From NCBI GenBank assembly GCA_965226885.1, contig CBDDEL010000017.1, positions 672,001 through 736,000 of the forward strand: a stretch of 64,000 nt of DNA. The letters run 5' to 3'. This stretch comes from Opitutales bacterium. GTDB lineage: Bacteria; Verrucomicrobiota; Verrucomicrobiia; Opitutales; UBA2987. A program made the translations under genes and the position numbers. This document shows, in pieces, positions 20,937 through 32,549 of the stretch. The number at the start of each line of letters is the position of its first letter. Positions within the stretch are counted from its first letter, which is position 1. Under the pieces are notes generated by a model, which had not been told where the DNA came from, did not search any database, and worked only from the letters and a program-made list of their open reading frames with translations.

Positions 20937-21341
20937 GCTTGGGTGTTAATTTTAGATTTTTTATTGGGGTTTTTGGAAGAGTTTGGTGTCTTCTTCGAGG
21001 AATTAGCCGGTTGAGATCATCCTTCAGCAAGCGGATCGCCAGTTCGTCCATTGTTTCGCCCTTGTCCTTACACGCCTGCTCTGTGGCCATGGCAATGATC
21101 CCAAGCAACTTGATGGATACCGTGAATGGGGTTGGTTGGGGCTCCGTTTCCCTTCCGGTTGCGTTTCTCCTCGTCCAGATAGGCCTTTCGGTCGATCCTC
21201 AACCAGAGCAGCTTTTCGATCAATGCTCCCAGCGATATTCCTTTGCGGCGGCAATACCTCCGCGCTTTGTTCACGACTTTGGGATAGAGATGATATTGCT
21301 CCTCTGACTCTTCCCTCGTCGGTATTCGTTGACTGTGACAT
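20929..21341 (-). pseudogene. Frameshifted small protein, possibly ribbon-helix-helix DNA-binding
   Basis: GGAGG RBS plus ATG at 21341; segments LYPKVVNKARRYCRRKGISLGALIEKLL and VSIKLLGIIAMATEQACKDKGETMDELAIRLL lie in different frames. Confidence 0.35.
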
Positions 21342-21527
21342 GGTGTTTCCTCCACCTTTATGGTTAAAACACCGATCACCGGTATTTCCTAAAGAACCGC
21401 TCTGGATATCCGGACGCACTCAGTTGTGTCGAATTCGTAAACCTCCGAGTCGGTCAGCGAAACGCAGTTCATGAACACCTGGGACGGCATGTAAATGTGC
21501 TTAATGACGAGGTCTATTCCATTCGCC

Positions 21528-21565
21528 AATGAAGCTCCCCTGCGCTTGCGTCGAGGAGCTTCATT
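21528..21565. terminator. Hairpin downstream of the giant gene
   Basis: 11-bp stem AATGAAGCTCC/GGAGCTTCATT 45 bp past the stop; no strong U-tract. Confidence 0.45.
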
Positions 21566-21609
21566 TAGCTGAAAGAAATTGCAGTATCGCCTGCCAAAAG
21601 AGTTCGAAA

Positions 21610-22020
21610 TCAGGGACCTGCCGCGGTTTGAACCCTGAGCCTTAGGAATAGTTCCTCGGCTTCAGTCAGAGGGATGCTCACTTTAACGATCCAGGCGCTC
21701 GCATCTTCACCCACAATACTGGCTTGGGCATCTTGGGTCTCGGGATCCCATGTTCCCAGATCGGTGGAAGACTCCACGATATAGTCCACACCGCTTGCCT
21801 TTTTATTGCGAGTGTAGGTTAAGGTAAGGAGATCATTGCCCTGCCCATCGCTCTCGATACCGGAAACGGGCAAATTGCCGTTATTCTTTGCGGTCGGATC
21901 CAGGCCAAGGGCGTAGGCCAGCAAGTTGCTTATGCCATCGTTACTGAAATCGCCTTCTACGCCACCCAGATTTGGATCATGATCTAAGGCCCAGTCATTG
22001 AAGGTTTGCGGGTCGGGCTT
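21610..22020 (-). other. C-terminal domain of the giant protein, putative Verrucomicrobia-type sorting domain
   Basis: FNDW...DGISNLLAYALGLDP...LTLTYTR...YIVESSTDLGTW...FLRLRV. Confidence 0.6.
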
Positions 22021-25000
22021 TGCCTGCAGTGACCGTTCACCAATCACGTCATCATTGAAACCGTCGTAGGAATAAGTGCCCGTAAAGGAGACCGCCTCAG
22101 AAGCGTTGGTGGGTGGAATGGCCACATAGGTCAATGTTCTCGCTTGTTTGTCCAGAAAATACCATTTAACCAGATGTTGCGACGAAACATAGTTTCCGCC
22201 ATCGCTGATGTCTCCCACCGACCAACCGTCCGGCGGGGCATCTTCGACTGCGTAAACAGCAATTTCCGGCGACGGGCTTACCTCGACAGTCACAGTAAAT
22301 GGCTGGTCGGTCACAGTGGAAACCGGAAGGCTACTGGTAGCGGTATTGCCGACCAAAGCCCCAATGGTTTTATCCAAACTACTGGGAGTTTCGCTATTGA
22401 CCCACCATAAGGGTGGGCTGCCAACATTCGGATCGAACTGGTAGTTTTCACCGTTTTTCCAAAGGAAGCCCGCTCGGGTGAGGTAATCGGGGGTAATTTC
22501 GATCGGATCGCGTGGCCAGTCATCACCCACTATCCAGGCTTCCGCGTAAGCAGTCACTTCAGCGATCACCATAATGAAATTTTCGGGTGAGAGGTCAGCC
22601 GGATGAGTTCCGCCAGTTCCGCCTGTTGAAATGACGCTATCGCCGGAAATAAGACTGTTAGCCCCATCGGCGGAACCAAGACCGGAAAAGGTGAACTCCC
22701 CGCTGGCGGAGTAATATCATAGGAGAACGATCTCGTGTTGTTATCGGTAAACGGACCGAATTTTACCTTGCTTTGGAAGGAATCGAATACGCCGCCTTCA
22801 TTGATATTGGAAACTATCCAACCATTTGGAACTGAATCTTCGACCGCATAAGCATTGACTCCGGAATCCGGGTTAGCGTCGATAATAACGGTAAATGGCT
22901 GATCGGGGATATAACCGCCCGGCAGCGTCCGGGAGACAAAGTCCGCATTGAACTCGAAGGTTGCCGTTACATTGCGATCTTCCGTCATCAGGACCGTGGT
23001 GGTGGCAGAACCCGGATCCTCCACCCCTGCTCCGGTCCAGCCTGTGAAACTATAGCCTTCCTCCGTGAATGCGCTGATTTCGGCAAATACCTGATCGTCG
23101 TAAAATCCGCCGCCTTCGACAAATCCGCCGGATTCCGGAGCAGCTGCCAGATCCAATTCCCAACTGATAACAGCCGTACCCAGGCGACTCAGGGCAAAGG
23201 GCCAAGGATCCCCATCGTGGCTATATTGCCCGGTGACCAGAGCGCTCCCATCGGGGTTCAATATCAAATTGTTTTTAAATGCATCGAAGACAAAATCCAC
23301 CAACCCAATTCCAGGGCCAAATCGCGTATCCACTTCTCCAAATGGATGAAGCTTCACCAATCCAGCGGCAAAAGCATCGTTGAATATATGAAAACTACCC
23401 GTCAGGTATATCGCCCCGCCATCGTCAACGGTCACACTGTCCACCCGTCCGGGCCGGTCACTACCGAAGATAGACTCCGCTCCATTTCCAATATAAAAAT
23501 CGAAATCTATGGAACCATCGGCAAACAGCCTGACCAGTCCAGGCGAATAATGGCCATTTTAAAAGTCGAATTGTCCGCTCACCAGAATGGAGCCGTCGGG
23601 CAATTCCACGGCATCGGTAAACCCGGCCAGATCAGGTTCAATTACAGGCGCGAAAAAATTCTCTCCACCACGTAAGGGGTCTTCGAGTGAGGGAAAATTT
23701 TCATCGCCTTCACCGGCATATACTTCACCAATGGCGAATGTGTCATCCACTGTGCCGTCGGAGTTCAACCGGGCAAGCTGGATGAAGGGCCTCGGGCCGG
23801 GCAGCATGGCGAGCAGTTTGCCATCGCTCATTTGAGTCAATATTTCCGGTTCCACGGTCCAAATAGCCGTAACCGGGCCAACCGCAAATTGGTCGGTGGA
23901 TTCTTCCCGCTCTACCGCAAGCTCATCAAACCCGGACAGGCCGAAGAAACTATCATCAATGCTTCCATCCACATGGATTCGGGTGAAGACTCCCTCCAGT
24001 CCATTCAACTCTGAATTTCCTGGTTCATAGTTTACAATGATGGCTTTGTCATCGAATTGGACAAAGAGTTCGCGTCCTATCAGCGAAGCATCCGGATTGA
24101 AATTGAGATCCACCGAACCATCCGACTCCAGCCGCAGGTAAACCGGGCTGTTATTGTTCAGATTGAAACCGCTGGCCGCGATCACATAGAGTCGATCGTC
24201 GCTCATCAGGCCAATACCCGTGACTCTTTGCAAATCGGAAACGATGGCCGATAGATCGACCGATAGATCCAACGAACCATCCACTTCAAGCCGAGCCAGC
24301 CCGGTGCGCGGTTCATTGTTTACGCTGGTAAATTCGCCATTGACGTAAACCTTCCCGTCGCTCCGCAGGGTATAGTTTTCAGGATACAACTCTTTCTCGA
24401 AGGAGGGTGGCATAAAATTAGCATCCAGGGTTCCATCGGAATTCAAAACGGCAATACCCGACACCGGCACTGTATTGACCAGGGTCAAGCGCTCGCCACT
24501 GGCCACGGCCATGCGGCCGTTGGAGAGCGGTTCGATCCAAAAAGCCTGGCCAAGGGGTCGGTCTTCGAGTTCGAAAAAGTCGCTGTCAGATTCCGGTTGA
24601 AAAAAGGTATTGTCCACACCGCCGTCTGCGTTGAATCGAATCACCGTCATATCCACTACCACGATCTTATCGTCCCCGAGTATTACCAGTTTTCTTACTT
24701 GGGTAAAAAATTGCGTGTTGATGTCCTCAGAGAATCGATCCACCAGGTTGAAGGATAAGTCTCTATGACCATCGAGGTCTAATCGGACCAACATTACTTG
24801 GCCTAAATCATCGGTATCAAGCCGGCCGCCGATGACCACCCTGCCATCGGACTGTATGCCGATGCCCCTGACCGGCCGGTCGTTGGCAATCCAGAACCCA
24901 TCAGCCGCATAGGAGGTATCCAATGTCCCATCCTCGTTGAGCCGGGCGAAGCCCTCCCGTGGAAAACCATCCACTGTTCCAAATATTCCCCCGATGAGTA

Positions 25001-25688
25001 TCTTGCCATCGCTATCCAATTCAAAAGGCGCCCAAATTCCTGTGGGGAAAATAAATTGACTCGGATGATCACCCAAGTGGGGAATATGGAAGCCCTCATC
25101 CAGGCTGCCGTCGCTATTGAGCCGGACCAATCCGCTAACAGGCATTCCATCAACCTCGGTAAACAAACCGCCCACCAGCACCTTGCCATCCGGCTGCACA
25201 TGAAGCATGCGAATTCCGGTATTGAGGGGACCAGTAAACAATGGGGAGATAAAGGAGGGATCAGGGCTGCCATCGGGCAATACCCGCAATACTTGAGCGG
25301 GGGCGACGATTCCGGAATCAAGAGATCCGCCGATTCTTCCCGCAACCAGAATGTTACCGTCAGCCTGAACTGTACTTGGGAATGTGGAATGCAATTGCGG
25401 CCCAAATTCGAAGGAATCATCTAGCAAACCAGTCACTTCATCCAGGCGAACCAAGGCGCCAGTGCGAACACCGTCAGCATTGTGGTTAGAAAAGCCGGAA
25501 ACCATCACCCCTCCTATGCCGTCCGCAGTAATACGCACGGCTTCTCCTTTGCGTTTGAACTCGGGTTGAATAAAGTTCGGGTCGAAATCTCCAAAAATAG
25601 CCGGAAGCGCTTGCACCGCTGGAGCCAAAGCAGCCTCCTCACCAGCGCTCACCTCTACATCCTCTGAAGGAATGACCTCGTAACCTAA

Positions 25689-27255
25689 CCCGGATATTTC
25701 GTAAAAAAAGTATCGTTGATATGCTTAACTGCTGATATACAGCAGGATAGATCAATAATTAAAGCAATATCAGCGATGACAAAAGGTAAACAATTAAAGC
25801 TACAGTTGACAAGGGTAAAAGGCCGCCGTGTGCGGGTTGATTTCAAGGGCGGAGAGGTTACTTCGGATGCCGGACTGCTTTTGATCCGGGAAGTGGATCG
25901 GCAGTTGGGCTTGACCGAACGAGCGGCCCGACAGTTAGTGGACAAACGGCAGAAGGGCAAAGTACGCCATGAGGTATTGGGGATGCTGCGGCAGCGCGTT
26001 TACGGGCTGGTGGCGGGCTATGAGGATTTGAACGACTTTGATACCCTGCGCCACGATCCATTGTTGCAAACGGTAACGGGGCGCATTGAAACGTTGGCCA
26101 GCGCGCCGACTTTGTGTCGTTTTGAAAACGGGCAGGATCGGCGGGCGGCCTTTGCGGTAAACGAGCTGTTGGTCGAACAGTTCATGGGCTCCTTTGCCGA
26201 GGAACCCGAAGAGATCATCCTGGACTTTGACGGCACCGACAATCCGGTGCACGGGCTCCAGGAGGGACGTTTTTTCCACGGTTATTATGATCATTACTGT
26301 TTTCTGCCGCTATATGTTTTTTGCGGTGATCAGCTGCTGGTGGCCTACCTGCGGCCGAGCAAGATCGATGCCAGCAAGCATGCCGGGGCCATCCTCAAAT
26401 TGCTGGTTAAACGGATTCGCCAAAGCTGGCCCCGTACGCGGATTATTTGGCGCGCCGACAGTGGATTTTGTCGAGACCGGATACTCTCTTGGTGCGACCG
26501 CAACGAAGTTAGTTACATCGTGGGGATGGCTCGCAATGCACGCTTGCAGCAAGACGCCCAGCAGTTGCAAAAGCAGGCCAAAGAATGGTTCGAACTAAGG
26601 GGTAAAAAACAACGGTTATTCCAGGACTTCGTCTATGCTGCCGATTCGTGGCGCTGGCTGCGGTTGGTCATCCATAAAGCCGAACACACCGCACAGGGGT
26701 CCAACCCGCGCTTCGTGGTGACGAACCTGCCGGGCGATCCCCAGGAGCTTTACGACAAGGTATACTGTGGCCGCGGTGAAATGGAGAACCGAATCAAGGA
26801 ACAGATGCAATTGTTCAGCGAGCGCACCAGCGCCCATCAATGGTGGGCCAATCAGTGGCGATTGCTCTTGTCGGCGCTGGCCTACACCTTGATGGAAGCC
26901 ATGCGCCGGTTAGCCTTAAAAGGGACGAAGTGGGCGCGGGCCCAATGGCACACCCTGCGGCTCAAATTAATCAAGATCGGAGCGGTCATCGTGCGCAACA
27001 CCCGAACGATTCACTTTCACCTAAGTGAGAGTTATCCTTGGGCCAGTCTTTTCAACCATGCGGCCCGCCGATTGGTGCCAACCTAAAGGGTGCATTGGTG
27101 CTGCCCCCGGCACTACCGAACCAATGGGGGAAAGGGGGCAGTGTCTCTACACCCTGAAAAACACCTAAAAATCAAGACGATCTGCTCAAAATACAAAGAA
27201 ATCCATCTCCAATAGCAATAACGAGCCAAACTTTACCCTTCATGAAATATCCGGG
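25689..27255 (+). mobile_element. IS1380-family element type A, copy 1
   Basis: CCCGGATATTTC / GAAATATCCGGG IRs; TSD CTAA (25685-25688, 27256-27259). Confidence 0.95.
25716..27086 (+). CDS. IS1380 transposase
   Basis: TSDAGLLL, GYEDLND, ILDFDxTD, RADSGF, RGEMENRIKE; true start may be the ATG at 25776. Confidence 0.93.
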   Translation: MICLTADIQQDRSIIKAISAMTKGKQLKLQLTRVKGRRVRVDFKGGEVTSDAGLLLIREVDRQLGLTERAARQLVDKRQKGKVRHEVLGMLRQRVYGLVAGYEDLNDFDTLRHDPLLQTVTGRIETLASAPTLCRFENGQDRRAAFAVNELLVEQFMGSFAEEPEEIILDFDGTDNPVHGLQEGRFFHGYYDHYCFLPLYVFCGDQLLVAYLRPSKIDASKHAGAILKLLVKRIRQSWPRTRIIWRADSGFCRDRILSWCDRNEVSYIVGMARNARLQQDAQQLQKQAKEWFELRGKKQRLFQDFVYAADSWRWLRLVIHKAEHTAQGSNPRFVVTNLPGDPQELYDKVYCGRGEMENRIKEQMQLFSERTSAHQWWANQWRLLLSALAYTLMEAMRRLALKGTKWARAQWHTLRLKLIKIGAVIVRNTRTIHFHLSESYPWASLFNHAARRLVPT

Positions 27256-30200
27256 CTAACACGGGCCTGAACTCGATATGGGCTTCACCCACGGGCACTC
27301 CAATGACCGTGGCCCCGTTTTCCTGCCAGGGACCGCCGTCCACGCGCCATTGGAAAGCTCCCGGAACGTCATCTTCACCGGCATCGAAATCGACGGATAC
27401 CGTTCCGGTCGCAATAATGCGGTTTAACCCGAAAGGCCAAGGATCGCCAGGGTGACGGTATTGGCCAAGCACATAGAGGCCGCCGCCGCCCAAGCCGTCA
27501 GACTGGACGGATGTCTGCAACTGGCCTCCAACAAAATCGCGGAAGCGGATTTCCGGCAGCAATTGTGTATCCACGCTTCCATCTTGGAAAAGAGTAACAA
27601 TGCCAGGAGCAAATGCGCTATTGAAAACATTAAAAGCCCCCGTCAGCCAAATAATGCCGCCACCATCCACGGTAATTCCGTTGACACTGCCTACGGCTCC
27701 TTCCAATCCGAAGCGCTCAGCGCCATCACCTATATTAAAACCGAAGTCGATGCTTCCGTTCGCCGAAAGTTTGACCAATCCGGGTGAATAATGGCCATCG
27801 TAAAAATCGAACTGGCCAGAGACCAAAATCGAATCATCTCCCAGTTCCACGGCATCCATAAAACCGGCCAACGCTGGGCTGAAGACCGCTTGTTGAAGTA
27901 TCTCACCGCCACGTAGCGGGTCAGAGATAAACGGGAAATTCACATTGAGCGCTCCGCCGTCAATGTTTCCGGAAACAAATGTATTATCCAGTGAACCATC
28001 CACATTCAAACGCACCAGCTTCATGCCGCCTCCATCGTTCGGAACCATTACGAGCAGTTTGCCGCCAGCCAGTTCCGCCAACACTCTCACCGGTGCAGTA
28101 GTTATCGAAATTATGGGGCCGGCAATTTCGTTTTCAATGTCTTCCTGGCTCGGTTCCGCCCGGTCAACAGATCCTATATCTAAGACCGGACCGGTAAAAG
28201 TACCGTCCAAGGTCCCATTGAGGTTTACACGCTGGAAACTCCCCAGATTTCCATCCACCACCCCTTGTGGATCATCGCTTTGGTAGATAATGGCACGATC
28301 ATCCGCCAGCACGAATACATCGGAACCCTTCATTTCAGGGGCCGGGATAAAGCTGCCATCCACTGTGCCGTCATCGCTGAGACGCCCATAGACCAGCCCC
28401 GCATCGCTTTGGGCAATGTAGTAAAGCCGGTCGTCCGAAAGCGCTCCGGCATCCACCAGCCAATGAAGGTCCGAATTTACCAAAGCCAGGTCGTAGTTGG
28501 GATCCAGCAGACCATCGGTATCGAACCGGGCCAGACCAATACGAAACTCGCTCCCAACCCGGTCAAAACCTTTAACGCCTTCAGACCCGGACCATACCAC
28601 AGTCCGGCCATCGCTCTGCACGGCCAATCCTTGAGGATACCACTCGGTCTGAAAACTTCCGGGGGTGAATGAGCTATCGAAAATGCCATTACTCAACAAT
28701 CGACCAATACCTTCCAATTCTTCCCCATTAACTTCGGTCGGTCCACCATCCCCGGTGAAGACCACCGAACCATCCGGGAGAACGGCCAACCAGAAGATTT
28801 CCCCTACACCCGATTGGAATACCGGCCTAAGGAAACTGCCATCCAGGCTCCCGTCGCTGTTGAATCGAGCTATGGTGCCGCCCCCGGCGACGATGCGATC
28901 ATCGTCCATTACTTCGAGTATGCGCACCTGTCTGAACATCCCTGACTCATCGCGTGAAACCAGATTAAAGTTCGGGTCAAATACGCCATCTGGATCTAAT
29001 CGCACCAAAACGGCCTCATTCTCGGAATCGTCCACGAACCTGCCTCCAATAATCAGGCTGCCATCGGATTGAAAACCGATTACCCTAACGGGGCGCCCGA
29101 TTATTGCATAACCGCCGACGCCATAGTCGAGGTCCAGGCTGCCGTCCGCATGGAGCCGCGCAAAACCCTCGCGAGGCTCGCCATTAACCGTCCCGAACGA
29201 ACCGCCAATATAAATTCCTCCATCATCATCCAGGACGATCGGAGCCCAGATGCCATTATCGAAAAATGAGGAAGGGTGTTGAATCAGTTCAGGAATTTGG
29301 AAATCTTGGTCAAGCCTTCCATTTTCGTTCAGACGAACAAGCCCACTCACCGGCAAACCGCCTACTTCGGTAAATAGGCCTCCCGCCAGCACTTTGCCAT
29401 CAGGCTGGGCTTTCAAAAAACGTATGCCGCCATTAAAAAACGGAGAAATAAAAGAGAAATCTCTTCTCCCATCCGGGAAAACCCGAAAGATCCGATTTAC
29501 CGTTGTCCCGTCGGCAAGGGGACTGCCGGAGCCTCCCGATACCAAAATCATGCCATCGTCTTGCACCGCGCTGGCCAAGGTGAACCTGAACTTGGGTCCG
29601 AAATTGAAACTTTCGTCCAGTGAACCGTCCGATTCATTAATACGGATCATGGCTCCGGTTTTCACATTGTTTACATTGTGGAAATTAGGCCAGGTGACCA
29701 AAAGCCCACCACTTCCGTCGGAAATTACCCGTATGGGGAAATCCTCCCGCTTGAATTCGGGAAGGTTAAAATTCTGATCGAAGGCTCCAAAGATCCCGCC
29801 TAGTGCTTGAATTACGGGACTAAAAAATACCTCGTCTCCAAAATCTATCTGGACAACTTGGGACGGCAGAACTGCATAACCCAGCACCGGTCGATATTCG
29901 ATGAGCGCCTCCCCTTCCGGCACATCCAGGACTACATCGCCATTTCTCTGCCAGGGGCCGCCATTCACCCGCCACTGGAAGGCATTCGGTACATCATCGG
30001 GTCCGGCATCAAAATTCACCGAGACCAATCCTGTTCCCACAAGGTGGTTCAGGGCAAAGGGCCAGGGATCGCCCTCATGCAGGTATTGCCCGAGCACATA
30101 AACTCCACCGGCGCCATCCTCTTTCAGCCCTGTCCGCAACTGGGCAGTAACAAAATCGCGAGAATTGATTTCAGGTGAAAAACTGGTGTCAACGGAGCCA

Positions 30201-31151
30201 TCTGAATGAAGCCGGACGATTCCCGGAACGAATGTATCGTTAAACTCATCAAAGACGCCTGTCAGCCAAATCTTGCCGTCGCCGTCCACGGTGAGTCCAT
30301 TTACGATTGGCACTCTTCCAGGCTGGTTAAGACGCTGGGCGCCTTCTCCTATGTTAAAGTCGAAATCGATGTTTCCATCGTCAAACAGCTTGACCAGTCC
30401 CGGAGAGTAGTGGCCCTCGTAGAAGTCAAAATCGCCCGATACCAGAATCGAACCACCAATCAATTCCACCGCATCGGTAAATCCGGCCAGCGCGGGACTG
30501 AGGGCGGCTACTTGTAATAACTCATTGTTGCGTTCGGGGTCTACTTGCGTTCGGGGTCTACCAAAGTTGGAAAGTTCAAATTGAGTTCTCCGCCATCAAC
30601 ATTACCCGATACAAAGGTATCATCCAAAGAGCCATCCGAGTCCAAACGCACCAATTGCATTCCTCCAAATTCGTTTCCAACCATCAGCAGCAGCTTTCCG
30701 CCGGAAAGTTCTGCAAGCACTTTCACGGGGGCTGTTGTAATCGAGTTTATCGGTCCCGAAATTTCGGCGTCTATGTCTGCCTGGCTTGGCTCCGCCCTGT
30801 CTACTGTTCCGATATTCAGAACGGGTCCGGCAAAGCTGAAGTCCAAGGTTCCGCCCAGATTAACGCGCTGGAAACTCCCCAGGGCACCATCTAGGACTGA
30901 TTGAGGATCGTCGCTGGTGTAAATGATGGATCGATCATCCGCTAATACAAAAATATCCGGCCCACTAACCCGGATATTTCATGAAGGGTAAAGTTTGGCT
31001 CGTTATTGCTATTGGAGATGGATTTCTTTGTATTTTGAGCAGATCGTCTTGATTTTTAGGTCTTGATTTTTAGGTGTTTTTCAGGGTGTAGAGACACTGC
31101 CCCCTTTCCCCCATTGGTTCGGTAGTGCCGGGGGCAGCACCAATGCACCCT

Positions 31152-32522
31152 TTAGGTTGGCACCAATCGGCGGGCCGCATGGTTGAAAAGACTGGCCCAA
31201 GGATAACTCTCACTTAGGTGAAAGTGAATCGTTCGGGTGTTGCGCACGATGACCGCTCCGATCTTGATTAATTTGAGCCGCAGGGTGTGGCATTGGGCCC
31301 GCGCCCACTTCGTCCCTTTTAAGGCTAACCGGCGCATGGCTTCCATCAAGGTGTAGGCCAGCGCCGACAAGAGCAATCGCCACTGATTGGCCCACCATTG
31401 ATGGGCGCTGGTGCGCTCGCTGAACAATTGCATCTGTTCCTTGATTCGGTTCTCCATTTCACCGCGGCCACAGTATACCTTGTCGTAAAGCTCCTGGGGA
31501 TCGCCCGGCAGGTTCGTCACCACGAAGCGCGGGTTGGACCCCTGTGCGGTGTGTTCGGCTTTATGGATGACCAACCGCAGCCATCGCCACGAATCGGCAG
31601 CATAGACGAAGTCCTGGAATAACCGTTGTTTTTTACCCCTTAGTTCGAACCATTCTTTGGCCTGCTTTTGCAACTGCTGGGCGTCTTGCTGCAAGCGTGC
31701 ATTGCGAGCCATCCCCACGATGTAACTAACTTCGTTGCGGTCGCACCAAGAGAGTATCCGGTCTCGACAAAATCCACTGTCGGCGCGCCAAATAATCCGC
31801 GTACGGGGCCAGCTTTGGCGAATCCGTTTAACCAGCAATTTGAGGATGGCCCCGGCATGCTTGCTGGCATCGATCTTGCTCGGCCGCAGGTAGGCCACCA
31901 GCAGCTGATCACCGCAAAAAACATATAGCGGCAGAAAACAGTAATGATCATAATAACCGTGGAAAAAACGTCCCTCCTGGAGCCCGTGCACCGGAGTGTC
32001 GGTGGCGTCAAAGTCCAGGATGATCTCTTCGGGTTCCTCGGCAAAGGAGCCCATGAACTGTTCGACCAACAGCTCGTTTACCGCAAAGGCCGCCCGCCGA
32101 TCCTGCCCGTTTTCAGAACGACACAAAGTCGGCGCGCTGGCCAACGTTTCAATGCGCCCCGTTACCGTTTGCAACAATGGATCGTGGCGCAGGGTATCAA
32201 AGTCGTTCAAATCCTCATAGCCCGCCACCAGCCCGTAAACGCGCTGCCGCAGCATCCCCAAGACCTCATGGCGTACTTTGCCCTTCTGCCGTTTGTCCAC
32301 TAACTGTCGGGCCGCTCGTTCGGTCAAGCCCAACTGCCGATCCACTTCCCGGATCAAAAGCAGTCCGGCATCCGAAGTAACCTCTCCGCCCTTGAAATCA
32401 ACCCGCACACGGCGGCCTTTTACCCTTGTCAACTGTAGCTTTAATTGTTTACCTTTTGTCATCGCTGATATTGCTTTAATTATTGATCTATCCTGCTGTA
32501 TATCAGCAGTTAAGCATATCAA
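31152..32522 (-). CDS. IS1380 transposase, copy 2
   Basis: Near-identical to 25716-27086. Confidence 0.93.
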   Translation of the reverse strand: MICLTADIQQDRSIIKAISAMTKGKQLKLQLTRVKGRRVRVDFKGGEVTSDAGLLLIREVDRQLGLTERAARQLVDKRQKGKVRHEVLGMLRQRVYGLVAGYEDLNDFDTLRHDPLLQTVTGRIETLASAPTLCRSENGQDRRAAFAVNELLVEQFMGSFAEEPEEIILDFDATDTPVHGLQEGRFFHGYYDHYCFLPLYVFCGDQLLVAYLRPSKIDASKHAGAILKLLVKRIRQSWPRTRIIWRADSGFCRDRILSWCDRNEVSYIVGMARNARLQQDAQQLQKQAKEWFELRGKKQRLFQDFVYAADSWRWLRLVIHKAEHTAQGSNPRFVVTNLPGDPQELYDKVYCGRGEMENRIKEQMQLFSERTSAHQWWANQWRLLLSALAYTLMEAMRRLALKGTKWARAQCHTLRLKLIKIGAVIVRNTRTIHFHLSESYPWASLFNHAARRLVPT

Positions 32523-32549
32523 CGATACTTTTTTTACGAAATATCCGGG

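Noticed and set aside
23559..23561. TAA at a Tyr position (FDF*NGHY versus FDFYEGHY), also at 4105-4107, suggesting stop-codon reassignment
   Set aside because: TAA terminates ordinary genes here (SSS, istB, recD2, TonB receptor); simple nonsense changes in decaying genes explain it
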